Origin: Kiritimatiellia bacterium
GTDB lineage: Bacteria > Verrucomicrobiota > Kiritimatiellia > UBA8416 > JADHWI01
Direction: 5' to 3'
DNA length: 64,000 nucleotides
Assembly: GCA_016783565.1 (NCBI GenBank)
Contig: JADHWI010000003.1
Location: 9,926-73,925, forward strand
Shown here: positions 29,230 through 38,633 of the stretch, in pieces
How the letters are laid out: every line of letters starts with the position of its first letter
How positions within the stretch are numbered: position 1 is the first letter of the stretch
Program-made: the position numbers and the translations under genes
The notes under the pieces: generated by a model
Database searches by the model: none
Seen by the model: only the letters and a program-made list of their open reading frames with translations
What the model was told of the DNA's origin: nothing

Positions 29230-29811
29230 ATGAAAACTACACAATACCAAGGCATTATTTTTGACATGGATGGCACACTCACTGTGCCCACGTTGGATTT
29301 TACCGCTATGCGTAATGATATAGGACTGGGTTCCGGCGACGTCGTTAAGGAAATTGCCGCGCTCCCCCCCGATCGGCAGAAGGAGGCATGGCGCATTGTC
29401 GAACGACACGAAGCGAAAGCCCGGCAAAACATGCACCTTCAACCCGGAACAACAACACTACTGGCGAACTGCCGGTCTGCAGGTATCCGCCTGGGTATTG
29501 TAACCAGAAATACTCCTGAGGGTGTCCACACATTCTGCGAAACATTTGACCTGCAATTCGACTGCATTCTAACACGGGCTTTTCCTTTCATGAAACCGCA
29601 TCCCGCACCCATTCTACATATACTGGAAGATTGGAATTTGGCAGGAAAAGACACTCTGATGATCGGAGACTATGTGCATGACATTAATTGCGGCCGGGAA
29701 GCAGGAACCGATACGTGTTTCTATCAGAATGCCGGATACCCGGATTACGGAAAAACCGCCGATTTCACCGTGCACTCCATGCAGGAACTGAGCACCATCA
29801 TCTTCCACTGA
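29230..29811 (+). CDS. HAD-family hydrolase (phosphoglycolate phosphatase-like)
   Basis: Motifs: IIFDMDGTL, GIVTRN, MIGDYVHDI. The start was trimmed to MKTTQYQG. Confidence 0.75.
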   Translation: MKTTQYQGIIFDMDGTLTVPTLDFTAMRNDIGLGSGDVVKEIAALPPDRQKEAWRIVERHEAKARQNMHLQPGTTTLLANCRSAGIRLGIVTRNTPEGVHTFCETFDLQFDCILTRAFPFMKPHPAPILHILEDWNLAGKDTLMIGDYVHDINCGREAGTDTCFYQNAGYPDYGKTADFTVHSMQELSTIIFH

Positions 29812-30915
29812 TCACGTGACGCGCTGCCCCGTTTCCGGATCAAAGAAATGCACTTTATCAAGGAACACCGCTGGCGAGGCCTGTTCCCCCACCACAAAAC
29901 GTCGATGCGCATCCACTCGACTGATAAACCTGTCGTCACCAGCCCTCATATGTACATAGGATTCTGAGCCCATGGGTTCCACCACGTCAACTCGAGCATG
30001 CAGTCTCGGCGCATCCTCAACCTGTTCCGCCATGGTGGAACCAATGTCTTCAGGACGAATCCCCATCGTGATCGGCCGATCTCCATATGTCGCCAGCCGT
30101 TCCTTATACGCAACAGGGACAGGAAACGACTGGCCATGGTCCAACCGGATGCCGGGCGACCCGCCAGACTCCGTGACTCGCCCCTGGAAAAAGTTCATGG
30201 GCGGAGTCCCGATAAATCCGGCCACAAAACAATTGTTGGGCATATCGTACAGGGTGATGGGGTCTGCCTCCTGCTGTATCAGACCATCTTTCATGACTAC
30301 AATGCGATCTCCCATGGTCATAGCCTCAACCTGATCGTGTGTAACATAAATCATGGTTGCATCCAGCTTGGCGTGCAACTGACTGATCTCTACACGCATC
30401 TGGACGCGCAATTTTGCGTCAAGATTCGACAGAGGTTCATCAAACAGAAATACCGCCGGTTTTCGTACGATGGCGCGACCCACCGCAACACGCTGACGTT
30501 GCCCGCCGGACAATGCTTTCGGCCTGCGATCCAATAACGCCTCAAGCCCCAGCATTCGAGCGGCTTCTTGAATACGTTTTTCTATATCCTTCCGCGAAAA
30601 CTTCCGTAACTTCAGCCCGAACGCCATGTTGTCATACACGGTCATGTGCGGATACAACGCATAGTTCTGGAAGACCATCGCAATGTCCCGGTCCTTCGGA
30701 GGCACATCATTCACAACACGATCACCAATCTTGACCGTTCCATTGCTGATCTCCTCCAGCCCAGCCACCATTCGCAATGTCGTGGATTTACCGCAACCTG
30801 ACGGCCCAACCAAAACAACAAATTCACCGTCCTTGATCTCAAGATTGAAATCGCTGACCGCTGTAACATTACCCGGATAGACCTTGTCGACATGTTCCAA
30901 GGTTACGCTTGCCAT
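29812..30915 (-). CDS. sugar ABC transporter ATP-binding protein (UgpC/MalK/MsiK type)
   Basis: Walker A is GPSGCGKST, the signature is LSGGQRQR and Walker B is FLFDEPLSNLD. A MalK-type C-terminal regulatory domain is present. No permease or binding-protein gene is adjacent. Confidence 0.85.
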   Translation of the reverse strand: MASVTLEHVDKVYPGNVTAVSDFNLEIKDGEFVVLVGPSGCGKSTTLRMVAGLEEISNGTVKIGDRVVNDVPPKDRDIAMVFQNYALYPHMTVYDNMAFGLKLRKFSRKDIEKRIQEAARMLGLEALLDRRPKALSGGQRQRVAVGRAIVRKPAVFLFDEPLSNLDAKLRVQMRVEISQLHAKLDATMIYVTHDQVEAMTMGDRIVVMKDGLIQQEADPITLYDMPNNCFVAGFIGTPPMNFFQGRVTESGGSPGIRLDHGQSFPVPVAYKERLATYGDRPITMGIRPEDIGSTMAEQVEDAPRLHARVDVVEPMGSESYVHMRAGDDRFISRVDAHRRFVVGEQASPAVFLDKVHFFDPETGQRVT

Positions 30916-31052
30916 GTAAGGAACTCCAATTACTCGCCATAAATCATGCTCTGCAATGCTACTTAAACGTCCTTAGACTGTCACAGAATATGCACAAATA
31001 CAACATCCCACGGATTGACTTTCGATGCAGCCAATAACATACTGGAACATCC

Positions 31053-31994
31053 ATGATGACCAAGACGCCACAAGACAAACAGAATGCGGCTGACCTGAAG
31101 CAGGTCCGGGTCATGATCAACCCGAAATCGGGACTCAAATCCTCCTTCGATGCCCTGCGCGTCGCCATGGACAAACACTGGGAGACTCCGGATCGCGAGA
31201 TTACCTATCAGTTCACTCAGAGTCTGGCCGATAGCGAGCGCAAAGTTCAGAAAGCCATCGCCGAGGGCATTGATCTCTTACTTGTCGCAGGAGGCGACGG
31301 TACCATCAGTAGCATAGGGCGCTTACTGGTGGGGACCAATGTATGCCTGGGGACAATTCCCACAGGTAGCGGAAATGGAATGGCACGACATTTCGGCGTA
31401 CCGCTTTCCCCGAGTGGCGCTGCAAGCGTGTTGGCAAATGGACAGGTCCTGGACATGGACGTAGGCCTCCTGAACGAACGCCCTTTTTTTATTACCTGCA
31501 GCATGGCATGGGACGCCGCCATCGTTCGATCATTTGAAAAAATGCCCATTCGGGGCATTCTGCCCTACGTCTTTGCCGGTGTGTACGAGTTCTTTGAGTA
31601 TCGAGCCCAACCCGTGACGCTGGTTCTGGATGAGCAAGAATCATTTACAGTTAAAGATCCCCTCGTCTGCACCGTGGCCAACTTATCACAATATGGCGGC
31701 GGAGCCATCATTGCCCCAACCGCACAACCAGATGATGGAATCCTTGAACTGGTCATCGCGCGGCGACAGGATGTTCCCATGCTGATCGCCAACCTGGGAA
31801 AACTCATCAGTGGTGCGATCCAGGACATCCCGCAGGTGATCCATCGCCGTTTTCGGCATCTGGTTGCTCAACGCCCGCAGCCTGCAGCGATTCAGGTGGA
31901 TGGTGAACTTATCGACTGCCCTGCCAAATTGACCATTACGTGTCGCACCGGTGGGATTCGCATGCTGGTACCCGCAAAAAATATAAAACAATAA
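31053..31994 (+). CDS. diacylglycerol/lipid kinase family protein (YegS/BmrU-like)
   Basis: Motifs: VMINPKSG, LLVAGGDGTISS, GTIPTGSGNGMARHFG. Confidence 0.8.
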   Translation: MMTKTPQDKQNAADLKQVRVMINPKSGLKSSFDALRVAMDKHWETPDREITYQFTQSLADSERKVQKAIAEGIDLLLVAGGDGTISSIGRLLVGTNVCLGTIPTGSGNGMARHFGVPLSPSGAASVLANGQVLDMDVGLLNERPFFITCSMAWDAAIVRSFEKMPIRGILPYVFAGVYEFFEYRAQPVTLVLDEQESFTVKDPLVCTVANLSQYGGGAIIAPTAQPDDGILELVIARRQDVPMLIANLGKLISGAIQDIPQVIHRRFRHLVAQRPQPAAIQVDGELIDCPAKLTITCRTGGIRMLVPAKNIKQ

Positions 31995-32004
31995 TCACCT
32001 GACT

Positions 32005-32799
32005 TCAGGACGCCGAATTGTTAACGGAAAACACTGCGTTGACCGCCTTTAGAATCGTATGAGGATTCGTGCTCCAGATTTTCTTGTGCGCGACCGAGGC
32101 CACGCCCTGCGATAAGAGCCGGCTGCTCTTCAGTTGCTTCGTTGAATTATAAAGTACCACAGGAATCTCACGCGTAACCTGCATCTCCGACAACAATCCG
32201 GCAACCTTGCTTCCATTCATCCCGGTAAGGATTTCCTTGAGCACGATGACGTCCGGCACATTGCTCATCGCCACCTGCAATGCATCCGGTCCGGTCGAGA
32301 CAACCTGCGCTTCGTATCCCGCACTCTGAAACGTTCTAAGGAGATCACCTATGCGCTTGTCATCATCCTCACATATCAGAACCGTTTTGCCCACACCACT
32401 ATTTTCATTCGCTTTAACACGTCGACACGGCGCAAGAATACGCTCCACTTCTCTGAGAATTTCCTTTTCGCTGGAAGGTTTTGGCACGAATCCCTGAATC
32501 GAAACCCCATCAAAGAACTCACGCATGACAGACCGAGCTGTTAACACCAATACAGGATGTCGCGGTTGGCCGGCATCATCCATAATTTTGCGAAGAAAAC
32601 TGACGCCACCCATCCCAGGCATAGCCATGTCGAGAATGATCAGATCCGGATGAAACTTCCCCAATAACCTGAGTGCCTCTTCACCATTCTTAGCGGTCTT
32701 CACCTGATACCCCTTAAAACTCAGGTAATCACTCAGTGTTCGGCGCAGACTTTCTTCGTCGTCAACGAGTAGTATTTTCTCAGCCTCTTCCTCCCACAT
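32005..32799 (-). CDS. tandem-receiver response regulator (REC plus degenerate REC, no output domain)
   Basis: The ATG at 32799 follows GAGGGGG. REC1 is canonical (ILLVDDEE...LIILDMAMPGMGG). REC2 (VLICEDDD...DVIVLKEILTGMNG) has Lys where the phospho-accepting Asp is expected. Confidence 0.75.
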   Translation of the reverse strand: MWEEEAEKILLVDDEESLRRTLSDYLSFKGYQVKTAKNGEEALRLLGKFHPDLIILDMAMPGMGGVSFLRKIMDDAGQPRHPVLVLTARSVMREFFDGVSIQGFVPKPSSEKEILREVERILAPCRRVKANENSGVGKTVLICEDDDKRIGDLLRTFQSAGYEAQVVSTGPDALQVAMSNVPDVIVLKEILTGMNGSKVAGLLSEMQVTREIPVVLYNSTKQLKSSRLLSQGVASVAHKKIWSTNPHTILKAVNAVFSVNNSAS

Positions 32800-32810
32800 A
32801 TCTAACCCCC

Positions 32811-34508
32811 TCACTTGAATGAACAAACACCAACCGATGCTTTCTCGCGAGAGCCGTCGGTCGGTATCTCTTGTTGTTCTTCTACACTCTTCATCTGCTC
32901 CTGTTCTGATAAGGCAACCGAATTCTCACGCTCGTCACCATCACCTGAGAGCAACCTCACGCCTTTTTCAATACAACCCAACAAATCCTCAGGTTTCCAT
33001 GGCTTCATCAGCCACGGAATGTCCAAATTTCCCAGAAACTCTTTCTTAAACTCGTCCATGGGATACCCCGTGACAACGACAATAGGTAACTGACGGATGT
33101 GAGGCGCCGCCTTGACTTCTGCGATAACCTCAATCCCCGAAAGATCAGGCATAACTATATCCAACACCATGACGTCCACATGCGTTCCACTGAGCACGCC
33201 CAGAGCGTCATATCCACTGCTACTGCTCAGAACATGATAACCCTGGCGTTCAAGTTGCATCCTGATTACTTCAAGCACCGTGTCATCGTCGTCTGCAACA
33301 AGAACAGTTGGAGACTCACAAAGAGGAAGCTGCAGACAAACCTGGGTGCCCCTGGTCTTTCCCGGCGGTGGGCTCTGAATCGTCATTTCACCTTCATGCA
33401 ATTCAACAATTTCTTTAGCAATAGACAAACCCAATCCAGAACCATCAATATGTTCACCCACACGATAATATCGATCTGTCACGTGCGCCAAAGCTGTTGC
33501 CGGGATGCCCACACCACTGTCCGTGACCGTCACACGAAGCGAGCCGGTATCCCCGGCACCAACCCCGACAATCACACCGCCACCCTCAGGCGTGTACTTG
33601 AGGGAATTGCCCACAACGTTCATCACGACACGTTCAATCTTGCGAGCATCACACATCACAAACCCGGCATCCCCACGGCAGTCCGTCAACATGTTCACAC
33701 CTTTTCTCTGGGCCGTGGTCTGTAATTCATGCACAACTCGACGGCATAGCCGATCCATGCTAACCGGCGCACGATTCAATGTGAAACGCCCTGTATCCAA
33801 ACTACTGAGATCAAGAATGTCTTCCACGGTAAACTGCAGGCGTGTGCCATCCCTACGAATCATTTGCAGGTAAGATCGAACATCCTCAGACACCTCGCCC
33901 TTCACGCCATCCAGCAAGTTATCAATCGCATACAACAAACAGGCAATGGGAGTCTTAAGCTCGTGAGAAACATTGGATACAAATTCAGATTTCGCCAAAT
34001 CGCGCGCGCGCACCTCGTCTAGCGCCTTGCGTAACGCAGAGGTCCGTAGTTTAACAAGATCTTCGAGATGATCCTGATGATCCCGTAGCTGGTGCAGCAA
34101 TTCGAATCGTTCTATGGCATGACGCACCGAGGAGAGTAACGCCTCGCCCGTACCGACGCTCTGCTTCGTCAGGTACTCCTGGGCACCCAGGCGCACGGCT
34201 TGCACGCCAAGCTCAGCACTCATAAAACCCGTGAGAACCACCACCGGAACATCATCATGAACCTCAATAAACCGAGTGACGGAGTCCAATCCCGTACTGT
34301 CAGGAAGCGACAAATCGAGAAGAACCACGTCGAACTTAACCTCTGCCGCTCGCTGCATCCCATCCTTAAGCGTGCAGACATGCGTCGTTCGAAAGTAGAT
34401 ATCAGGAGATGCCCCCAGGGCACTACTGGCCAGAAAAGCATCATCCGGATCGTCTTCTATAAGGAGAACGCCTACTTCTCTCCTGTCATCTGCTTCCTCT
34501 GTCGTCAT
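32811..34508 (-). CDS. hybrid histidine kinase (REC-HisKA-HATPase-REC)
   Basis: The N-terminal REC is VLLIEDDPDD...VVLLDLSLPDSTG. The H-box is SNVSHELKTPIA and the ATPase boxes are VVGNSLKYT, DSGVGI and GSGLGLSI. The C-terminal REC is VLVADDDD...VMVLDIVMPDLSG. The ATG at 34508 is preferred over TTG 34541. Confidence 0.85.
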   Translation of the reverse strand: MTTEEADDRREVGVLLIEDDPDDAFLASSALGASPDIYFRTTHVCTLKDGMQRAAEVKFDVVLLDLSLPDSTGLDSVTRFIEVHDDVPVVVLTGFMSAELGVQAVRLGAQEYLTKQSVGTGEALLSSVRHAIERFELLHQLRDHQDHLEDLVKLRTSALRKALDEVRARDLAKSEFVSNVSHELKTPIACLLYAIDNLLDGVKGEVSEDVRSYLQMIRRDGTRLQFTVEDILDLSSLDTGRFTLNRAPVSMDRLCRRVVHELQTTAQRKGVNMLTDCRGDAGFVMCDARKIERVVMNVVGNSLKYTPEGGGVIVGVGAGDTGSLRVTVTDSGVGIPATALAHVTDRYYRVGEHIDGSGLGLSIAKEIVELHEGEMTIQSPPPGKTRGTQVCLQLPLCESPTVLVADDDDTVLEVIRMQLERQGYHVLSSSSGYDALGVLSGTHVDVMVLDIVMPDLSGIEVIAEVKAAPHIRQLPIVVVTGYPMDEFKKEFLGNLDIPWLMKPWKPEDLLGCIEKGVRLLSGDGDERENSVALSEQEQMKSVEEQQEIPTDGSREKASVGVCSFK

Positions 34509-34755
34509 AGCCCACCCGCTCAGTGGTGCAACCGTAGTCAACCATCATAATAATTATCAACCGGTCGTTGCTAATCAGTATGACAACGGAAAGAACTTCC
34601 GTCCAGTGGGGAAAAAGCTGATTATTGGCTATAACATTCCCCTACTCTCTTATCAGGGATTTCCCTATGCCACGTATTGCAGAAAGTCAACGTTAAGCGC
34701 TTGCGGCGATACATCGGCTAGACTAACTTCAAGCAAGACACAAGGGAGAGCGACC

Positions 34756-35514
34756 ATGACGAAACTGACAACCATTGTGAACTACCTGAACAAGGAACTA
34801 CGTATTTCCGAATTCAAGGACGTATCGAACAACGGCCTGCAAGTCGAAAACACAGGAAACGTTAAAACAATCTGCTGCGGAGTAGATGCATCCCAGGCCT
34901 TCTTTGACGAAGCAAAAAAACGCAATGCAGACTTGCTGATCTGCCATCACGGAATCAGCTGGGGAGACTCGCTCAAGCACCTGACAGACCTGAATTATCA
35001 TCGAATTGCTTCACTGATTAATAACGACATGGCCCTTTATGCTGCACACCTACCCCTTGATGCACATCCCCGCCATGGCAATAATGCCGTGCTGTTTAAA
35101 GCCCTTGGACTGCAAGATCGCAAACCGTTTGGAAACTATCACGACAACACGATCGGTTATCGCGGGTGCTTTCGTTCCCCCATGCCCCTGGAACGATTTA
35201 AAACGCGCGTTCAGAGAGTATGTGGACAACCACTGCAAACCATGGAATTCGGTAAGCGCACAATTCGAACCGTCGCCATCGTATCCGGAGGAGGTTCCGA
35301 CATGCTGCCGGAAGCCGCAGCCGCTGGAGTAGACGCCTATGTCTCGGGGGAGCCCACACTGCCGGCATATCACATGGCGCAGGAATACGGGTTGCACGTC
35401 ATCTACGCAGGACATTATGCGACAGAAGTATTCGGCGTTCGAGCCCTCGCCGATGCCCTCAAGAAACGTTTCAAGGTGCAGGCCGAGTTCATCCCCATGA
35501 ACGTGCCTTTCTAA
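34756..35514 (+). CDS. Nif3-like dinuclear metal-centre protein (YbgI family)
   Basis: The ATG at 34756 follows GGGAGAG. Motifs: NNGLQVEN, CHHGISWGD, AAHLPLDAHP, GHYATE. Confidence 0.8.
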   Translation: MTKLTTIVNYLNKELRISEFKDVSNNGLQVENTGNVKTICCGVDASQAFFDEAKKRNADLLICHHGISWGDSLKHLTDLNYHRIASLINNDMALYAAHLPLDAHPRHGNNAVLFKALGLQDRKPFGNYHDNTIGYRGCFRSPMPLERFKTRVQRVCGQPLQTMEFGKRTIRTVAIVSGGGSDMLPEAAAAGVDAYVSGEPTLPAYHMAQEYGLHVIYAGHYATEVFGVRALADALKKRFKVQAEFIPMNVPF

Positions 35515-35521
35515 ACCCTAC

Positions 35522-36040
35522 TCAAAAGCGATTAAAGGAAGCCCGTTCTTCAAAAGGCTTTTTCTCCTTCTGAACAACCCGCTGTTCCGGCACACCGACA
35601 GGGAGAATAATCCGCACCTCGCGCTCCTCGGGAACACCCAACAGCGCCGCAATCTGCTGTGCGCTTTCGTCGCATCGCAATGCCCCGTCCATCCACACCG
35701 TCGCATACCCTAGCGCTGTAATAGCCAGCAACATATTCTCAACAGCGGCCGCACAGTCTTCAACGCCAAACGACATACCATGGTAGACGTCCGGATGGCT
35801 GGCCACGCAAACAATAATCGCTTTGGCCTCCCCGATGACCCGCTTGGTTATCACCTCGTTAATTTTCGCAATCAACTCAGGTTCATCCACAATCACAAAA
35901 GACGTGGTCTGAGCATTGCAACCCGAAGGAGCCTGGATACCCGCCTGTACAATACGGACCAGATCCTCTCGCGGCACGGCTTGATCCTTAAACCCGAAGC
36001 GATAACTGTGTCGTTTTTCAATTGCCTCAAAAAGTTCCAT
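35522..36040 (-). CDS. nitroreductase family protein
   Basis: The segment MELFEAIEKRHSYRFGF...AGIQAPSGCNAQTTSFVIV marks the family. Confidence 0.8.
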   Translation of the reverse strand: MELFEAIEKRHSYRFGFKDQAVPREDLVRIVQAGIQAPSGCNAQTTSFVIVDEPELIAKINEVITKRVIGEAKAIIVCVASHPDVYHGMSFGVEDCAAAVENMLLAITALGYATVWMDGALRCDESAQQIAALLGVPEEREVRIILPVGVPEQRVVQKEKKPFEERASFNRF

Positions 36041-36271
36041 ATGCACTTCCTTCTTTTTGTAACGTGATAGTGCCGAACACACGCCGTTAACACAAGCATT
36101 TGAATGCCGTTCGTCACCTTGCCCCCACGGTCATCTTTCACTCCCCCCTGGAAGATAGACTCCATAGCGTCCTTTTCTGGTTGGCCTGACCACAGTCCTG
36201 CGGTAGGATTCGAGCACAGTCTTAACAAATACCGGGGCATCCCGGATCACTTTAAACAGGGGTAAGCATTC

Positions 36272-37285
36272 ATGTCGGAGACGCCGTGCGGCCAAGTTAT
36301 ATTGGGGGATAAAGACGTTCTTGAGGCGTCGTATCTCAAGTGGACTCAACATCCCATTGATCGCGAAGTCATGCAAGAGGAGCCCCCGTTCTCTGCCTGC
36401 GCAACAACTCTTGGAAAAGAAATCTCTGTTACCGGGCCAGGCACGTTCTTTGGAAAAGCCGAGCGAACCCTGACGTTTATTCCCGCAACAGAGGGTGGCT
36501 GGCGCTTTGACCGCGCAGATCTTCCAGATTCCATGCCGATCCAGGTCACTCCGGAAACCATCTGGACGGTCGTTCGCAATATTGTTCTCAGCAGCGGATC
36601 ACCTCATAACTACATCCGCATGGTCGAACACATTATTGCCCTCAAAGCCGGCCTGGGAATCGATCACCTGAAAATCCGTGTGGATTCCGGAGATCCACCC
36701 CTGTTTGACCGCAGCAGCATGGACCTGGTTGAGGCATTTGACAAAGCCGGCATCGAAGAATTAGATGCGCCGGCCGAATATTTCACAGTCAAAGAACCCG
36801 TTTCCGCCGTCACACCACACGGAAGTTTCCTGATCTTCCTGCCGGATGAAAAACGATCGCGCCGCCTTACTATTGATTGTGCCATTGATTTCAAAAGCGC
36901 TATCGGGAAACAACGCATTGTCTTTGATGTCAACTCAGCCACATTCCATCATGGAGCACAGGCACGCACAAACACCAATTTCCGGACATTGCTGTACGTC
37001 AAAACCATCGGCAAGCTATTTGCAGATACACGCAATATAGGATACACCACTCGCAACATCCTGGTCGCGGGCCGACATAAATACTTCAATGATCCATTGT
37101 TGATTCACGAAGGAAAATCTCTGGAAGCCGCATGGCACCGAGCCACACTCGATCTGCTGGCCGCTGTAGCCCTGATTGGCAAAGGTCGCTTCTGTGGCAA
37201 AATCATCTCCTATAAAGCCGGTCACGGGATCGATTGCCAAATGGCCCGATCACTCATTGAAGGAGACTGGCTGGTCCGCGCATGA
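36272..37285 (+). CDS. divergent LpxC-family (UDP-3-O-acyl-GlcNAc deacetylase-like) protein
   Basis: [50 protein letters not shown] aligns with E. coli LpxC [58 protein letters not shown] aligns with RHKMLD, and YKAGHGID aligns with YKSGHALN. The start is uncertain (36272 or 36371). Confidence 0.6.
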   Translation: [337 protein letters not shown]

Positions 37286-37331
37286 GAAATACCGTAAAGT
37301 CGCCCTGTTCGCAAAAAATGGAGCATCACCC

Positions 37332-38633
37332 ATGGATGTTGTCATACTTACACTTCTGGGCTTAATCATATTGCTGCTCACCTTTGTCGTCCTGCGAGTC
37401 CTGCGTGACGCGCCCGGTCAAGTCGAGCTGGCCCGCTTGCGCGCCCTGGAGCAGGACCATCAACAAACCCTTACGGACCTCCGCAACAAAGCCACCACGG
37501 TGGAATCCCTGCTTACCGACAATGCACGCCTTGAAGCAGACCTCTCAAATGAGCGCCGCACCACAGAGGAAAAGCTGAAACTTCTTGAAGAATCCGAAGC
37601 ACGCCTGAAAGCAGCCTTTGAGAATCTGGCCAACCGTATTTTTGAAGAAAAAGGGAAAACGTTCTCTGAACAAAACAAGGAACGGCTTTCCGACTTGCTG
37701 CAACCTTTCAAAGAACAACTCGAAGGATTCCGAAAACGGGTCGACGAAGTACACAAAGATGACACCGAGCGATCAGCCAAGCTTCTGGAACAGGTTCGCC
37801 AGCTTCAAGCGTTAAGCAACAAAGTCAGTGACGAGGCCAACAGCCTGGCCAAAGCCATCAAAGGCGATGCAAAGCAACAAGGCGATTGGGGTGAGTTGAT
37901 CGTCGAGCGCATCTTTGAGGCATCAGGCCTGGAACCCGGAAGAGAATACGAGACTCAAAAAGGATATCGAGACGAGAACGGCGCACTGAAAAAACCTGAT
38001 TTTGTAGTGTTCCTGCCAGACAAAAAAGCGGTTATCGTCGATGCCAAGGTTTCACTGACCGCTTACGAACGATACGCAAACCTGGAAGATGAGACTGCTC
38101 GTAAACACGCCTTGGCAGAGCACCTTCAATCCGTACGCAATCATGTCAATGAGCTGCATAATAAGAATTATGAACGCCTGCTCGGAAACCGCGCACTGGA
38201 TTTCATCATCATGTGCGTCCCCCTCGAGCCGGCCTACCAGACAGCACTACAAAACGATCACGATTTATTGTACGATTGCGCCCAAACCAATGTGGTCATC
38301 ACGGGTCCCACAACACTCATGATCACCTTGCGACTGATCGCACAAATCTGGCGACGAGAGAATGAAAATCGTAATGCAGAGCGCATTGCCGACCGTGCCG
38401 GACGCATGTATGACCAAGTGACGCTGATCTACGACGCCATGTCAGATGCTCATAAAAAACTGGGAAACGCGGGGGAAGCGTTTGACCTGGCCATGAACCG
38501 CCTGAAAAACGGGCGGGGCAACTTGATCGGCCGCGTTGAAGAGATCCGACGCTTAGGCGCAAAAGTAAACAAACAACTTCCCGATGCTGCCGTGGAAGAT
38601 GCTCTCCTTGAACAAAATGATAGTACCACCTGA
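37332..38633 (+). CDS. rmuC: DNA recombination protein RmuC
   Basis: An N-terminal TM (MDVVILTLLGLIILLLTFVVL) is followed by a long coiled coil. The C-terminal nuclease-like core is PDFVVFLPDKKAVIVDAK...DFIIMCVPLEPAY. Confidence 0.85.
   Translation: MDVVILTLLGLIILLLTFVVLRVLRDAPGQVELARLRALEQDHQQTLTDLRNKATTVESLLTDNARLEADLSNERRTTEEKLKLLEESEARLKAAFENLANRIFEEKGKTFSEQNKERLSDLLQPFKEQLEGFRKRVDEVHKDDTERSAKLLEQVRQLQALSNKVSDEANSLAKAIKGDAKQQGDWGELIVERIFEASGLEPGREYETQKGYRDENGALKKPDFVVFLPDKKAVIVDAKVSLTAYERYANLEDETARKHALAEHLQSVRNHVNELHNKNYERLLGNRALDFIIMCVPLEPAYQTALQNDHDLLYDCAQTNVVITGPTTLMITLRLIAQIWRRENENRNAERIADRAGRMYDQVTLIYDAMSDAHKKLGNAGEAFDLAMNRLKNGRGNLIGRVEEIRRLGAKVNKQLPDAAVEDALLEQNDSTT

Noticed and set aside
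34606-34755. 50-codon N-terminal extension of the Nif3-like ORF
   Set aside because: The extension has no SD. The internal ATG 34756 follows GGGAGAG and gives the usual ~250-aa Nif3 length.
36041-36271. Possible ncRNA or small ORF in the 231-nt divergent intergenic region
   Set aside because: I saw only weak direct repeats (acgccgtt / atgccgtt). There is no stable hairpin-plus-U-tract and no recognisable RNA family core, so it is most simply two divergent promoters.
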